Numbered from the stretch's first letter, positions 7,921 to 18,489 are shown. The stretch is 34,175 nucleotides of DNA from Campylobacterota bacterium (GCA_034661055.1 JAYEKO010000069.1:1-34175), one strand, 5' to 3'. Program-made: numbers and translations. Notes: generated from the letters alone by a model not told the origin.

Positions 7921-10893
7921 ATGTTAAGTACACAAGCTGATGAAATTTTACAAGATAAATCAAAACTATTAACAGAGATATATTTTGATCTTCAATCCCA
8001 TTTTGAGTCTAAGTATGGCAATGATACTGTTGTCTTTATGGAGATTGGAACCTTCTTTGAGATTTATGAAGTTAATAATGATGAGATGCAGCTAGGTAAA
8101 GCAAAAGAGCTTGCTGAACTACTCAATATTCAACTGACTAAAAAAAATAAGAGCATTGTAGAAAACTCTACTAGAAATCCGCTTCTTGCCGGTGTTCCTT
8201 CTGTCTCATTTGATAGATATTTAAACCGCGTTATTCAAGAACAGAAATATACTGTTATTGTAGTACGTCAAAAAGGTGCTCCTCCAAAAATATCTCGTTA
8301 TATTGCACAGATAATCTCGCCGGGTACAAACTTTGACTACACCATAGATAATGACGATAACTACATTGTCTCACTTTTAATTGATAAAAACAGAGATATC
8401 TACTCCGTTGGTTACAGTGCAATTGATGTGACAACAGGAAAAACATGGCTGTATGAAGCACACGGAACAAGTGAGGACCAGAGTTATGCCTTAGATGAGG
8501 TCTTTAATCTGTTAAATATTTACAAGACATCTGAAGTGGTGCTGACCTTTTTAGATGGAGTGGAGTCACAAAAAGATGTGATTCGATATTTAGAGATTCC
8601 AGAGCACTATCACTACAGTGTCAATCATCATCGACCACGTATAAATTACCAAAATGAACTATTTGCTAAAGTTTATGAGATTCAATCACTTCTTGCACCA
8701 ATTGAGCATTTAGACTTGGAGCGTTCACCTCTTATATCAGAAGCTTTGGCCATTTTAGTGCATTTTGTTATTGAACATGACTACCATATTATTCAGAAAC
8801 TTTCTCGTCCTAAAACAATTGACTCTAAACGTTACATGTATTTAGGAAATGCAGCGCTGGAGCAGCTCAGTATTATTTCAAAAGATAGAGACGAAAAGAC
8901 TATTTTAAGGCTTATAGATAAAAGCGCTACAGCCATTGGAAAACGGCTTTTAAAAGAGCGATTATTAAATCCTATTATGGAAAAAGATGAGTTGGAGCGT
9001 CGTTATGCTTTGGTTGAAAAAACGTCATCCCATGCACGGCTTCTAGAAGAGACTTTACGCGGCATATACGACCTAGAGCGTTTGGCACGGCGTATAAAGC
9101 TGACTCGAATGCACCCTTTTGAGATGAATTTTGTTTATGATTCACTGCTAAGTGTTAAAGAGCTAATGGGTTATATTAAAAAACATAAAATTCAAAAAGC
9201 TTCATTTTCTAGTAGTGAGATTGATGAGTTTATTCGCGATATTGAGAACAGCTTTGATCTGGATACTTCACGCCGTTTTACGACACAGAGTTTAGATGAC
9301 AATTTCTTTATGCGTGGTGTTGATAGTGCTATTGATACGCTTATGGATGAAAATGCAAAAATGCTACAGACATTCCATATTATTATGGATACGCTTGAAG
9401 AGGCTATTAAACAAGAATCTTCTTCATCCATGGCATCCTTTGTCACTTTAGGGCAGCTCGATAAAGAGGGTTATTACATCAGTATCAGCAAGACACGTTT
9501 CTCACTTATTGAGAGTAGATTTCCATATTTAAAAATAGAGTTGGACAATTTACATGTAAATTTTGATGACTTTAATATCAAAAAGCTGACTAATAATGTT
9601 AAACTGACTTCAGAACTTACCGATCAGCTCTCCGATAAGATTATGCGTAATCGCTCCAAGATTGTAGCACTTGTAAAAGAGCGTTTTATTAAACTTCAAG
9701 AGACTTATGACAGACGTTACACGCTTCTTTTTGAACGAATAATTCGTTATGTTGCTGATCTGGATGTAGCGGTAAGTTCTGCTAAAGTAGCCCAGAGCTA
9801 TAACTATGCAAAACCGATGCTAGTTGATGTTAAGAACGATGAAAATTTTATGCAAATTATGGCACTTCGTCACCCTCTCATTGAAGTTCAAGAGTCACAA
9901 GGACTCTATATTCCTAATGACATTGTGATGGGAAATAGAGATTATATGGACCTGCCATATCCTCAGAGTGTGATGCTGGATGTGAGTGTTCACGATGGTC
10001 ATGATATTAACGGGGTATTGCTATATGGTATTAACTCTAGTGGTAAGTCATCTTTGATGAAAGCTATTGGCGTAGCAACACTTTTGGCTCAGTCTGGGTT
10101 TTATGTGCCTGCTTCGGTGATGAAATTTTCACTTTTTGAGTCAATTTTTACCCGTATTGTCTCTAAAGATAATCTCTCTAAGGGTCTTTCTACTTTTGCT
10201 GTTGAGATGATGGAACTTAAAAATATTTTCAACCGTGCCGGAACAAAATCACTTATTTTAGGTGATGAAATTAGTCATGGAACCGAGACGCTTTCGGGGG
10301 TTTCTATTGTAGCAAGTGCTATTATGAAACTCTCTAAATTACGTTCACTTTTTCTTTTTGCAACGCATCTTCATCAACTATCAACCATGGATGAGATAAG
10401 AAAACTAAAAAATGTAGTAGATTTACATTTAAGTGTTGAGTATGATGAGGTAAAAGACCAATTAGTTTTTAATAGAGTATTACAAAGTGGAAGCGGTAGC
10501 AGTGTGTATGGCTTGGAATTTGCTAAATCGCTTCACATGGATAGTGAGTTTCTAGACCAAGCCAATAAAATTAGAAAACGACTCTCTAATGATTTTGATG
10601 AGTTAGAACTTTTGGTTAAAAAACGAACGAGTAAGTACAATAAAGATCTCTACGTCACTAAGTGTATTATTTGTGGTAACATTGCTCAAGATGTTCATCA
10701 TATTGCACATCAGTCTCAATCTTCTATGTATGGTTTTATTGATCATTATCATCAAGATAATAAGAGTAACTTAGTTCCACTATGTAAAGATCATCATAAA
10801 GAGATTCACGATGGAAAAATAAAGGTCAAAGGGTTTATGATGACTTCAAATGGATTGCAGTTAAATTATGAAAAACAACTCAAAGGAGATTAA
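7921..10893 (+). CDS. mutS: MutS7-type DNA mismatch repair protein (MutS domains I-V plus C-terminal HNH endonuclease)
   Basis: Mismatch-binding [10 protein letters not shown] (FxE), RHPLIE, Walker [35 protein letters not shown]-terminal CIIC...VHHI...[17 protein letters not shown]/Zn domain. Confidence 0.92.
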   Translation: MLSTQADEILQDKSKLLTEIYFDLQSHFESKYGNDTVVFMEIGTFFEIYEVNNDEMQLGKAKELAELLNIQLTKKNKSIVENSTRNPLLAGVPSVSFDRYLNRVIQEQKYTVIVVRQKGAPPKISRYIAQIISPGTNFDYTIDNDDNYIVSLLIDKNRDIYSVGYSAIDVTTGKTWLYEAHGTSEDQSYALDEVFNLLNIYKTSEVVLTFLDGVESQKDVIRYLEIPEHYHYSVNHHRPRINYQNELFAKVYEIQSLLAPIEHLDLERSPLISEALAILVHFVIEHDYHIIQKLSRPKTIDSKRYMYLGNAALEQLSIISKDRDEKTILRLIDKSATAIGKRLLKERLLNPIMEKDELERRYALVEKTSSHARLLEETLRGIYDLERLARRIKLTRMHPFEMNFVYDSLLSVKELMGYIKKHKIQKASFSSSEIDEFIRDIENSFDLDTSRRFTTQSLDDNFFMRGVDSAIDTLMDENAKMLQTFHIIMDTLEEAIKQESSSSMASFVTLGQLDKEGYYISISKTRFSLIESRFPYLKIELDNLHVNFDDFNIKKLTNNVKLTSELTDQLSDKIMRNRSKIVALVKERFIKLQETYDRRYTLLFERIIRYVADLDVAVSSAKVAQSYNYAKPMLVDVKNDENFMQIMALRHPLIEVQESQGLYIPNDIVMGNRDYMDLPYPQSVMLDVSVHDGHDINGVLLYGINSSGKSSLMKAIGVATLLAQSGFYVPASVMKFSLFESIFTRIVSKDNLSKGLSTFAVEMMELKNIFNRAGTKSLILGDEISHGTETLSGVSIVASAIMKLSKLRSLFLFATHLHQLSTMDEIRKLKNVVDLHLSVEYDEVKDQLVFNRVLQSGSGSSVYGLEFAKSLHMDSEFLDQANKIRKRLSNDFDELELLVKKRTSKYNKDLYVTKCIICGNIAQDVHHIAHQSQSSMYGFIDHYHQDNKSNLVPLCKDHHKEIHDGKIKVKGFMMTSNGLQLNYEKQLKGD

Positions 10894-11235
10894 ATGAAAC
10901 AGAAATTATTACTAAGCACACTATTTACGGCACTACTGTTTACAGGGTGTACGCAAGAGACACAAAATGCTATTGGGCACTCTATACAGAACTGGACAGG
11001 GACTAATGGGGTGTTGGATGTCTATGCAGGGGATAAGCTTGTAAAACGATTTGTAAAAATTGATAAGCTTACAACAGGACGCGGAACTAATGATAATGGT
11101 GTAAGACCTTATCGTTACGGCTATGGAGTAGATGATAAAAACTTTAACTTTATTGCTGACAAGGGTGAGAAAAAAATCTATTTTGAGATTAGTGATTACT
11201 CAACTTCATATGTTTTTTATGAAAATTCAATTTAA
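10894..11235 (+). CDS. Putative lipoprotein of unknown function
   Basis: MKQK plus hydrophobic stretch plus lipobox LFTG-C; AAGGAG RBS; starts immediately after the mutS stop. Confidence 0.8.
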   Translation: MKQKLLLSTLFTALLFTGCTQETQNAIGHSIQNWTGTNGVLDVYAGDKLVKRFVKIDKLTTGRGTNDNGVRPYRYGYGVDDKNFNFIADKGEKKIYFEISDYSTSYVFYENSI

Positions 11236-11247
11236 GGCCTGTATAAC

Positions 11248-12342
11248 GTGGATGTAATAACGCTATTTAAAAAACTTATTGAGATGAAGAGTGAAACTCC
11301 TGATGATGGTGGAAGCTTGGATTTTATTGCTGAGTATTTAAGTGATTATAGTGCTGTACGTATTGATGTTGAGGAGGTTACTAACCTCTTCTTGTATAAA
11401 AAGTTTGGTAATGGTGAACATCTCTGCTTTGCCGGTCACGTCGATGTTGTCCCTGCTGGTGAAGGGTGGGAGAGTGATCCTTACACTGCAACTGAAAAAG
11501 AGGGCTATATTTACGGTCGTGGAACGCAAGATATGAAAAGTGGTGTAGCTGCTTTTATTCAGGCACTAAAAGATACTAAAACCTTTGATGGAACCTTGTC
11601 GCTTCTACTTACATCAGATGAAGAGGGTCCTGCTAAATATGGAACGGTTGAAGTACTTAAATATTTAAAAAAACATGCACTGCTTCCAGACTCTGTTATT
11701 GTTGCAGAACCTACTTGTGAAGAGTGTTTTGGTGATGCTATGAAGATTGGTCGACGCGGTTCAATTAATGGAGTAATTAAAAAGCGCGGAAAACAAGGTC
11801 ATGCAGCGTACCCGGAAAAAGCGATTAATCCTATTCACAAGGTAGCACAGGTTTTACCACATCTTGCCGGAGTAAATTTAGACAGTGGAGATGATTTCTT
11901 TAGTCCTAGCCAATTTGTTATTACCGATATTCGTGCGGGTATGGAAGTGACCAATGTCACACCAGGAACACTTAAAATGATGTTTAATGTTAGAAACTCG
12001 ACAAAAACGGATCAGAAAAATATAGAAGATTTTGTACATAAGTATTTTAAAGAGATGGATTATACCCTAACTTTAGATCAGAGTGCTTACCCTTTTATGA
12101 CAGATGCGCAGAGTAAAATAGTAAAGTCATTAGATCGAGCAATTATGAAGGTGTGTAAAGTGACGCCAAAGCACTCTACTGCAGGTGGGACCTCTGATGC
12201 ACGTTTCATAGCTCCATACGGTATTGATGTTGTTGAGTTTGGAGTAAAAAATGATCGAATTCATGCTCCAAATGAACGGACCTCAATTAGTGAAGTAGAG
12301 AATTTGTATAAAGTGTTTTGTGAAGTTATTAATGATTATTAG
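11248..12342 (+). CDS. dapE: Succinyl-diaminopimelate desuccinylase
   Basis: FAGHVDVVP, YGRGTQDMK, TSDEEG, GRRGS, GKQGHAAYP, STAGGTSDARF, IHAPNE. Confidence 0.95.
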   Translation: MDVITLFKKLIEMKSETPDDGGSLDFIAEYLSDYSAVRIDVEEVTNLFLYKKFGNGEHLCFAGHVDVVPAGEGWESDPYTATEKEGYIYGRGTQDMKSGVAAFIQALKDTKTFDGTLSLLLTSDEEGPAKYGTVEVLKYLKKHALLPDSVIVAEPTCEECFGDAMKIGRRGSINGVIKKRGKQGHAAYPEKAINPIHKVAQVLPHLAGVNLDSGDDFFSPSQFVITDIRAGMEVTNVTPGTLKMMFNVRNSTKTDQKNIEDFVHKYFKEMDYTLTLDQSAYPFMTDAQSKIVKSLDRAIMKVCKVTPKHSTAGGTSDARFIAPYGIDVVEFGVKNDRIHAPNERTSISEVENLYKVFCEVINDY

Positions 12343-12393
12343 CTGTCTTTAATATACTTTAGTTAGAATACATGAAAAGAAATTTTAAAATTA

Positions 12394-12402
12394 TGTTATA
12401 AT
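12394..12402 (+). promoter_or_regulatory. Extended -10 promoter
   Basis: TGTTATAAT upstream of the membrane-protein gene. Confidence 0.55.
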
Positions 12403-12435
12403 AATGTTAAGATGCTATTAAGGTTGGAGGTTGTT

Positions 12436-12834
12436 GTGAATTCTAGAAATTTTCATACTGATACTTTTAGTAGCGGTTCTGATGCTCGAGGAAGAATTCG
12501 TAAATATCAGGCACGCCAAGATAAACATCGTCGTAATAAGCATAAACAAGATGATGACTTTCTTTCTCAAGAGGTAGATGTTAAAGATTACATTATCTCC
12601 CCAGATGGATATGAAAGTATTATGTTTTTTATCTATTTTTTAACCTTACCTTACCTTATTGGTTTGACAGTAATCTTTTTTTATGTGGCTGATGGCGATT
12701 TTACTAAATTTCAGATGGTTGACTTTACAACACTTTTTGTAGTTTGGATGATTGGTTATGAGGTAATAGCTGCTGTACTCCTCTTTTTTATTTTCCTTGC
12801 ATTTATTAGAAGTTTTGGTCGCAGTGCTGGTTAA
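12436..12834 (+). CDS. Hypothetical membrane protein (basic N-terminus, two TM segments)
   Basis: GGAGG RBS before in-frame GTG 12436; ISPDGYE followed by two hydrophobic helices. Confidence 0.7.
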   Translation: MNSRNFHTDTFSSGSDARGRIRKYQARQDKHRRNKHKQDDDFLSQEVDVKDYIISPDGYESIMFFIYFLTLPYLIGLTVIFFYVADGDFTKFQMVDFTTLFVVWMIGYEVIAAVLLFFIFLAFIRSFGRSAG

Positions 12835-12879
12835 AGATATATAAATTATGATAGAATTTCCTTTTTTTAAGGATGCACT

Positions 12880-13299
12880 ATGAAGCAACCACTCTTTTTT
12901 ATAGTAGTACTGTTTTTTTTACATGTAAATTTAAAGGCCAATGAGATTCACTGGTTCCATAATTATGATAAGGCCATCAAAGAGGCAATAATTCAAAATA
13001 AGAAGTTGTTTGTACTTATTACAAGTGAGACGTGCCGTTGGTGCCGTCAACTAGAACATAACACTTTAGAAGATAAATCAATTGTAGATCGCATCAGCAA
13101 AAAGTATATCTCAGTAGCACTTACACGCGGTAAAGACTCTTACCCAAAAATATTAAAAGCTAAGATGGTTCCCATGAGCTATTATCTCAATAATGATGGT
13201 TCAATCATTAGTACGGTTCCAGGTTACTGGGGAGTAGAAGATTATCATACCGTTTTAAATGATGTTAACTACTATTTACGAAAAGAAGATTTAAAATAA
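12880..13299 (+). CDS. Exported thioredoxin-fold protein (SoxW/DsbD-like family)
   Basis: Signal-peptide-like N-terminus, IHWF..YDKA..EA, CRWC motif, VP cis-Pro loop, PGY. Confidence 0.85.
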   Translation: MKQPLFFIVVLFFLHVNLKANEIHWFHNYDKAIKEAIIQNKKLFVLITSETCRWCRQLEHNTLEDKSIVDRISKKYISVALTRGKDSYPKILKAKMVPMSYYLNNDGSIISTVPGYWGVEDYHTVLNDVNYYLRKEDLK

Positions 13300-13307
13300 G
13301 GAATATT

Positions 13308-13679
13308 ATGGAATTTATTACGACACAAAATGCTCCACAAGCCATTGGTCCGTACTCACAAGCTGTTGTTGTAAATGGAATGGTTTATACTTCAGGACAG
13401 ATTGCATTAACGCCGGAGGGGGTGATGCTTGAAGATGACATTACCATTCAGACCAATCAAGTACTAAAAAACCTTGAGGCGGTGCTTAGTGCTGGTGGTA
13501 GTGAAATGAATAGAGTTGTAAAATGTAATATTTTTCTTGCAGATATGGATGATTTTGCAGTAGTTAATGAACTTTATGAGAAAGCATTTAGAACTCATAA
13601 GCCGGTTCGCTCAACTGTTGCTGTGAAAACTTTGCCAAAAAATGCATTAGTCGAGATTGATGCTATGTCTTTAATCTAA
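13308..13679 (+). CDS. ridA: RidA (YjgF/YER057c/UK114) enamine/imine deaminase
   Basis: APQAIGPYSQA, SGQI, PVRSTVAV..LPKNALVEI. Confidence 0.93.
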   Translation: MEFITTQNAPQAIGPYSQAVVVNGMVYTSGQIALTPEGVMLEDDITIQTNQVLKNLEAVLSAGGSEMNRVVKCNIFLADMDDFAVVNELYEKAFRTHKPVRSTVAVKTLPKNALVEIDAMSLI

Positions 13680-13745
13680 ACTTAAATGTACTTTGGGTAT
13701 AATTCGCGCACTTTTTGTAGATTTACAAATTATTAAGGAAGCGCA

Positions 13746-14054
13746 ATGTACGCAATTTTTAAAAATGGTGGAAAGCAATACAAGGTAGAAGAGGGTGATA
13801 TTCTTCTACTAGACAAGTTAAGTCTTGATGCTAAAGAAACTGTAGAATTTAATGAAGTCCTAGCTGTTAATGCTGGTGAACTTAAAATCGGAGCACCATT
13901 TGTTGATGGTGCGGTTGTAACTGCTGAAGTGATCAATGAAGGTCGTGCAAGAAAAGTAGTTATTTTCAAAAAACGTCGTCGTAAAGATAGTAAAGTAAAA
14001 CGTGGTTTCCGTCGTGATTTCACACGTGTTCGCATTACTAAAATTGCTGCGTAA
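13746..14054 (+). CDS. rplU: 50S ribosomal protein L21
   Basis: [28 protein letters not shown]. Confidence 0.98.
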   Translation: MYAIFKNGGKQYKVEEGDILLLDKLSLDAKETVEFNEVLAVNAGELKIGAPFVDGAVVTAEVINEGRARKVVIFKKRRRKDSKVKRGFRRDFTRVRITKIAA

Positions 14055-14073
14055 CTAAAAGTAGGAGAATCAG

Positions 14074-14331
14074 ATGGCTCACAAAAAAGGTCAGGGTAGT
14101 ACACAAAATAACCGCGACTCAGCGGGACGTAGACTTGGTGTTAAGAAATATGGTGGTGAAAACGTACGTGCAGGTAACATCGTAATTCGTCAACGTGGAA
14201 CTAAAGTTCACCCAGGTGAGAACATTGGTATGGGTAAAGATCATACTCTATATGCACTAGTAGATGGTGTAGTTAAATTTGAGCGTAAAGATAAGAAACG
14301 AAATAAAGTTTCAATCGTTCCAGCTTCTTAA
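14074..14331 (+). CDS. rpmA: 50S ribosomal protein L27
   Basis: [24 protein letters not shown]. Confidence 0.99.
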   Translation: MAHKKGQGSTQNNRDSAGRRLGVKKYGGENVRAGNIVIRQRGTKVHPGENIGMGKDHTLYALVDGVVKFERKDKKRNKVSIVPAS

Positions 14332-14342
14332 TTTCTCTTTTT

Positions 14343-14365
14343 TTCAGGCATTTGCCTGAATCTTT
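14343..14365 (+). terminator. Probable intrinsic terminator after rpmA
   Basis: TTCAGGCA-TT-TGCCTGAA inverted repeat followed by TCTTT and a T-rich tract. Confidence 0.6.
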
Positions 14366-14481
14366 AACTTCTTTTTTTTAATATTTTATACTATGCTTTT
14401 TCAAATTATAATTAGAGTTTAGTCTAAAGTATTTACATGTATTTTATATGTACTAAATATACTCGCCAATAAAGGAAATCA

Positions 14482-15582
14482 ATGTTTACAGATCAGGTAG
14501 AGATAACCGTATCATCAGGTAAGGGTGGTGCAGGTTGTGTTGCATTCCGTCGAGAAAAATTTGTAGTCAATGGTGGACCTAATGGTGGTGATGGTGGTAG
14601 AGGCGGAGATGTCTGGTTTAAATGTGATAATAATACACACACTCTCTCTCATTTTAAAGGTACTCGTCATCTAAAAGCTGAAAATGGAAAACCTGGTTTG
14701 GGTTCAAATATGACTGGAAAATCTGGACAGAAACTTGTAGTTATTGTTCCTCCAGGTACTCAAATTATAGATAGAGATACAGGTGACACTCTTTTTGATA
14801 TGACAAAAGATGGTCAAGAAGAGCGTTATATTCAAGGTGGTCGTGGTGGACTCGGCAATACACACTTTAAATCTTCAACTAATCAGCAGCCTCGTTATGC
14901 ACAGCCGGGCGAACCTGCTATAGTTAAAAATATTAAGCTTGATCTTAAGCTTATTGCAGATATTGGTTTAGTAGGTTTTCCTAATGTTGGAAAATCAACA
15001 CTTATCTCAACTGTCTCTAATGCACGTCCTGAAATTGCAAATTATGAATTTACAACACTTACACCAAAGCTTGGACAAGTTAATGTTGGTGATTATGACT
15101 CTTTTGTTATGGCAGACATCCCTGGAATTATAGAGGGTGCCAGTGATGGAAAAGGTCTTGGACTAAAGTTCTTACGTCATATTGAACGCACTAAGACGTT
15201 ACTGTTTATGGTGGATTTAGCTTCGTACCATAACTTGCAAGATCAGTTTGAAACACTAAGCAGTGAGCTAAAAAAATTCTCTGAGAAACTCGATGCCAGC
15301 GCTTTTGCTATTGCGCTTACTCGTGTTGATGCTATTGCGCCAGAAGATGCACCAAGAGTTGTCAAAGAGTTTATTGAGATGCTTGGATTTGAAACTTCAA
15401 CTAAAAGTGCTTACAATTTTGATGAGAAGTTAGGTTTTTACGAGCAGAGTAACACGGACGATACAGACGTTTATGATATTGAAAAACCATTTTTTATTGC
15501 TCCTATCTCATCAGTAATGCAGACCAATATTGAAGCACTTAAATTTGCACTGTATGAACTAGTAAAACTGGCACGATCATGA
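14482..15582 (+). CDS. obgE: GTPase ObgE/CgtA
   Basis: FRREKF..GGPNGGDGG, GLVGFPNVGKSTL, YEFTTL, ADIPG, FLRHIER. Confidence 0.97.
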   Translation: MFTDQVEITVSSGKGGAGCVAFRREKFVVNGGPNGGDGGRGGDVWFKCDNNTHTLSHFKGTRHLKAENGKPGLGSNMTGKSGQKLVVIVPPGTQIIDRDTGDTLFDMTKDGQEERYIQGGRGGLGNTHFKSSTNQQPRYAQPGEPAIVKNIKLDLKLIADIGLVGFPNVGKSTLISTVSNARPEIANYEFTTLTPKLGQVNVGDYDSFVMADIPGIIEGASDGKGLGLKFLRHIERTKTLLFMVDLASYHNLQDQFETLSSELKKFSEKLDASAFAIALTRVDAIAPEDAPRVVKEFIEMLGFETSTKSAYNFDEKLGFYEQSNTDDTDVYDIEKPFFIAPISSVMQTNIEALKFALYELVKLARS

Positions 15583-16337
15583 GACGCATTGTTCTTAAAG
15601 TCGGTAGTGCTGTTTTAACACAACAGAACCGTATTGCTAAAGAGCGTATGCTCAATTTAGTTGCATTTATTGCAGAGCTAAAAGAGAAATATGAAGTTAT
15701 TTTGGTCTCCTCTGGTGCTGTTTCTGCAGGTTACACTGAACTTAAACTTGACAAGAAAATTATTGCAAATAAGCAAGCTTTAGCTTCTATTGGACAGCCT
15801 CTCTTAATGCATAGTTATAAAAAGAAATTTGAAAAATACAGTATTTTACCTTCTCAAATCTTGGTAACTGCTGCAAATTTTGAGACCAAAGAGCAGTCTG
15901 AGCGAATTAGAAATACGATAGAGCCGCTTTTAAAATATGGTGTACTTCCTATTGTCAATGAAAATGATGCAACAGCTACAGAAGAGCTAGAACTTGGTGA
16001 TAACGACCAACTATCTGCTTATGCGGCAGTGGCTTTTCATGCTGATATGCTAGTTCTACTTTCAGATATTAAAGCGTACTATGACAAAGATCCAAATAAG
16101 CACGATGATGCTAAGGTTAAGCTACATGTAAATTCAATTGAGCCAGAAGAGCTTAAACGTGAAGTGACTCCCAATAATGATTTTGCAACCGGTGGTATTG
16201 TCACAAAACTAAAAGCAGCAAACTATATGTTGGAGCATAACAAAGAGGTCTATTTGGCCAGTGGATTTGATTTGAGTGATGTTAGAGAGTTTTTATTAAA
16301 TGACAATCATGTGAGTGGTACACTATTTAAAACGTAA
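15579..16337 (+). CDS. proB: Glutamate 5-kinase (short form without PUA domain)
   Basis: IVLKVGSAVL, VSSGAV, PIVNEND, GDNDQL, TGGIVTKLKAA. Confidence 0.96.
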   Translation: MRRIVLKVGSAVLTQQNRIAKERMLNLVAFIAELKEKYEVILVSSGAVSAGYTELKLDKKIIANKQALASIGQPLLMHSYKKKFEKYSILPSQILVTAANFETKEQSERIRNTIEPLLKYGVLPIVNENDATATEELELGDNDQLSAYAAVAFHADMLVLLSDIKAYYDKDPNKHDDAKVKLHVNSIEPEELKREVTPNNDFATGGIVTKLKAANYMLEHNKEVYLASGFDLSDVREFLLNDNHVSGTLFKT

Positions 16338-16395
16338 CTACCCCTAAAAGCAATTACGATATAATTTTACTAAGAGCACCTCTAAAGGATGTCAA

Positions 16396-16644
16396 ATGAA
16401 AATCATTCAACTTCAAGTAAAAGATGGTTACACCCAAAATGTACTAGGTATCTTAAATGGCATCAAAGATGTGATGTTAGAGAAGATAGAAGTTCAAAAT
16501 GATCCAAATTTAGAACACGACCCTTATTTTTACGAGAGAAAAGCACAACTAGATGAGACCATAGAAGCTGTTGGTGATGGCACTATGAAAATGTATGATT
16601 TCAATGAATCGATGGATAAGTTAATTGGTGAACTAAAAAAATAA
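16396..16644 (+). CDS. Putative antitoxin
   Basis: Small acidic ORF directly upstream of a RelE/ParE toxin; own TATAAT at 16360-16365 and AAGGA RBS. Confidence 0.7.
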   Translation: MKIIQLQVKDGYTQNVLGILNGIKDVMLEKIEVQNDPNLEHDPYFYERKAQLDETIEAVGDGTMKMYDFNESMDKLIGELKK

Positions 16645-16647
16645 TCT

Positions 16648-16932
16648 ATGAAAATTATTGAAACAGAGCCGTTTAAGATACAAAGAGATGCTATTGTTTG
16701 GTACATAGCTAAAGATAAAAAAAGTGCCGCACTAAATTTTGCTAAAGAGTTGAAACAAATAGTTAATAATCTAAAATCTTTCCCATATAAATACCGTCCA
16801 TCAAAATACTACAAAGATGACTCAATAAGAGACATGATATTTAACGGCTATACAATTGTATATAGAGTAAAAGAAGAAAAGAATATCATAGAAGTCTTAG
16901 TGATATTCAATAAAAACTTACCAGCAGCATAA
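16648..16932 (+). CDS. Type II toxin, RelE/ParE family
   Basis: Basic 94 aa: I..YIAKD...AA.NF...L..FPY.YR...IRDMIFNGYTIVYRV...IEVL.IF ParE-like pattern. Confidence 0.85.
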   Translation: MKIIETEPFKIQRDAIVWYIAKDKKSAALNFAKELKQIVNNLKSFPYKYRPSKYYKDDSIRDMIFNGYTIVYRVKEEKNIIEVLVIFNKNLPAA

Positions 16933-16964
16933 TCAATGCAAAATTTTTGATAGAAAGGAACTAA

Positions 16965-17873
16965 GTGAAAATAATATTTATGGGAACACCCGATTATGCC
17001 AGTACTATTTTAAGTGATATGCTTAAAACTGATGATATAGAAGTTATGGCGGTATATACACAACCAGACAAACCCGTTGGAAGAAAAAAAGTTTTAACAC
17101 CACCTCCGGTTAAAGTGGTAGCAGAAGAACATAATATTAACGTTTATCAACCTCATAAGCTTCGTGATGAAGAGGTTATTAATCAACTAAAATATATTGA
17201 ATGTGACTTTATTGTCGTTGCAGCTTATGGACAGATTCTTCCACAGCCTGTTTTAGACCATGCTCCATGTATTAACCTTCACGCTTCTATTTTACCACAG
17301 TACCGTGGGGCAAGTCCGATTCAGCAGTCACTTTTAAATGGCGATACTAAAAGTGGTGTAACGGCTATGCTGATGGATGTTGGTTTAGATACTGGTGATA
17401 TTTTAAAAATTGAAGAAGTAGCTATTGCAGATGATGAGATGGTAGAATCACTTTTTAACAAGTTGACACAAACAGCATCACTACTTACTTTAGATGTTTT
17501 ACGAACATTTCATGAGATTACTCCAGTACCTCAAGATAATGCAGATGCGACGCACTGTAAAAAAATCTCAAAAGAGCATGGTGAAGTCATTTTTGATGAT
17601 GCTGAGGAGCTTTACAATAAGTATCGAGCCTATACTCCATGGCCAGGTGTCTATTTAAATAGTGGCTTAAAACTTAAAAAAATTATACTTGAAGAGATAG
17701 ACTCAGCAAATGCTGCTGGAAAGATTCTATCGTATGATAAAGAGAGTTGTGTTATAGGCTGCAGTAAAGGTTCAATTCGTCTCTATGCTGTCCAGCCTCC
17801 ATCAAAAAAAGAGATTAAAATATTTGACTATATTAATGGAAAGCGACTAAGCCTTGAAGATACTTTGGCTTAA
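16965..17873 (+). CDS. fmt: Methionyl-tRNA formyltransferase
   Basis: IIFMGTPDY, TQPDKPVGR, VAAYGQIL, INLHASILPQYRGASPIQ, GLDTGD. Confidence 0.97.
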   Translation: MKIIFMGTPDYASTILSDMLKTDDIEVMAVYTQPDKPVGRKKVLTPPPVKVVAEEHNINVYQPHKLRDEEVINQLKYIECDFIVVAAYGQILPQPVLDHAPCINLHASILPQYRGASPIQQSLLNGDTKSGVTAMLMDVGLDTGDILKIEEVAIADDEMVESLFNKLTQTASLLTLDVLRTFHEITPVPQDNADATHCKKISKEHGEVIFDDAEELYNKYRAYTPWPGVYLNSGLKLKKIILEEIDSANAAGKILSYDKESCVIGCSKGSIRLYAVQPPSKKEIKIFDYINGKRLSLEDTLA

Positions 17874-18489
17874 TGAAGTTGACTCAACACAGACCTATCT
17901 TTTAGAAGCACTAAAAAGTAACGATCTTAAAGTACCTATTGCAGTAGTTGCAAAGAGACAAAACTGTGGTAAGGGAAGTCGTGAGAATGAGTGGATTGGA
18001 CTAGATGGCAATCTATTTGTCTCTTTTGCTATTTCTAAATCTTCTTTACCTAATGATTTAAGACTTGAATCAACTTCAATCTATCTCTCAATGATTTTAA
18101 AAGAGTTACTGTTTCAGTTGGGATCAAAAGCTTGGCTTAAGTGGCCCAATGATTTCTATATAGATAATAAAAAAGTTGGCGGTACCATTACTAATGTATA
18201 TAAAAATTGCATAGTATGCGGTATTGGTTTAAATATAAAAGTGGCTCCACAAGGCTCTAGTGTACTTGACATTAATGTAGAGATTGGTAAGTTGCTCAAT
18301 CAATATTTCAATTTTGTCAAAAGTTGTCAATCATGGAAGCAGATTTTTAGTAAGTTTGAGTTAGAATTTGATAAAAGTAGAAAATATTTTACTCATATAG
18401 AGAATGAAAAAGTATCGCTTGTAAATGTTACGTTGCAAGATGATGGCTCTATTGAGTATGATGGAAAAAAGGTATATAGTCTAAGATGA
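17854..18489 (+). CDS. birA: Biotin-[acetyl-CoA-carboxylase] ligase (no HTH)
   Basis: VDSTQ, Q..GKGSR...W, LKWPND, KKVGG, GIGLN. Confidence 0.93.
   Translation: MKILWLNEVDSTQTYLLEALKSNDLKVPIAVVAKRQNCGKGSRENEWIGLDGNLFVSFAISKSSLPNDLRLESTSIYLSMILKELLFQLGSKAWLKWPNDFYIDNKKVGGTITNVYKNCIVCGIGLNIKVAPQGSSVLDINVEIGKLLNQYFNFVKSCQSWKQIFSKFELEFDKSRKYFTHIENEKVSLVNVTLQDDGSIEYDGKKVYSLR

Noticed and set aside
12913..12920. T8 run in the thioredoxin signal peptide as a phase-variation tract
   Set aside because: Frame is intact, poly-T runs are common at this AT content, and phase variation in this group is mainly at poly-G/C tracts
15579..18489. ProB without PUA domain and BirA without HTH
   Set aside because: Standard short forms in this phylum
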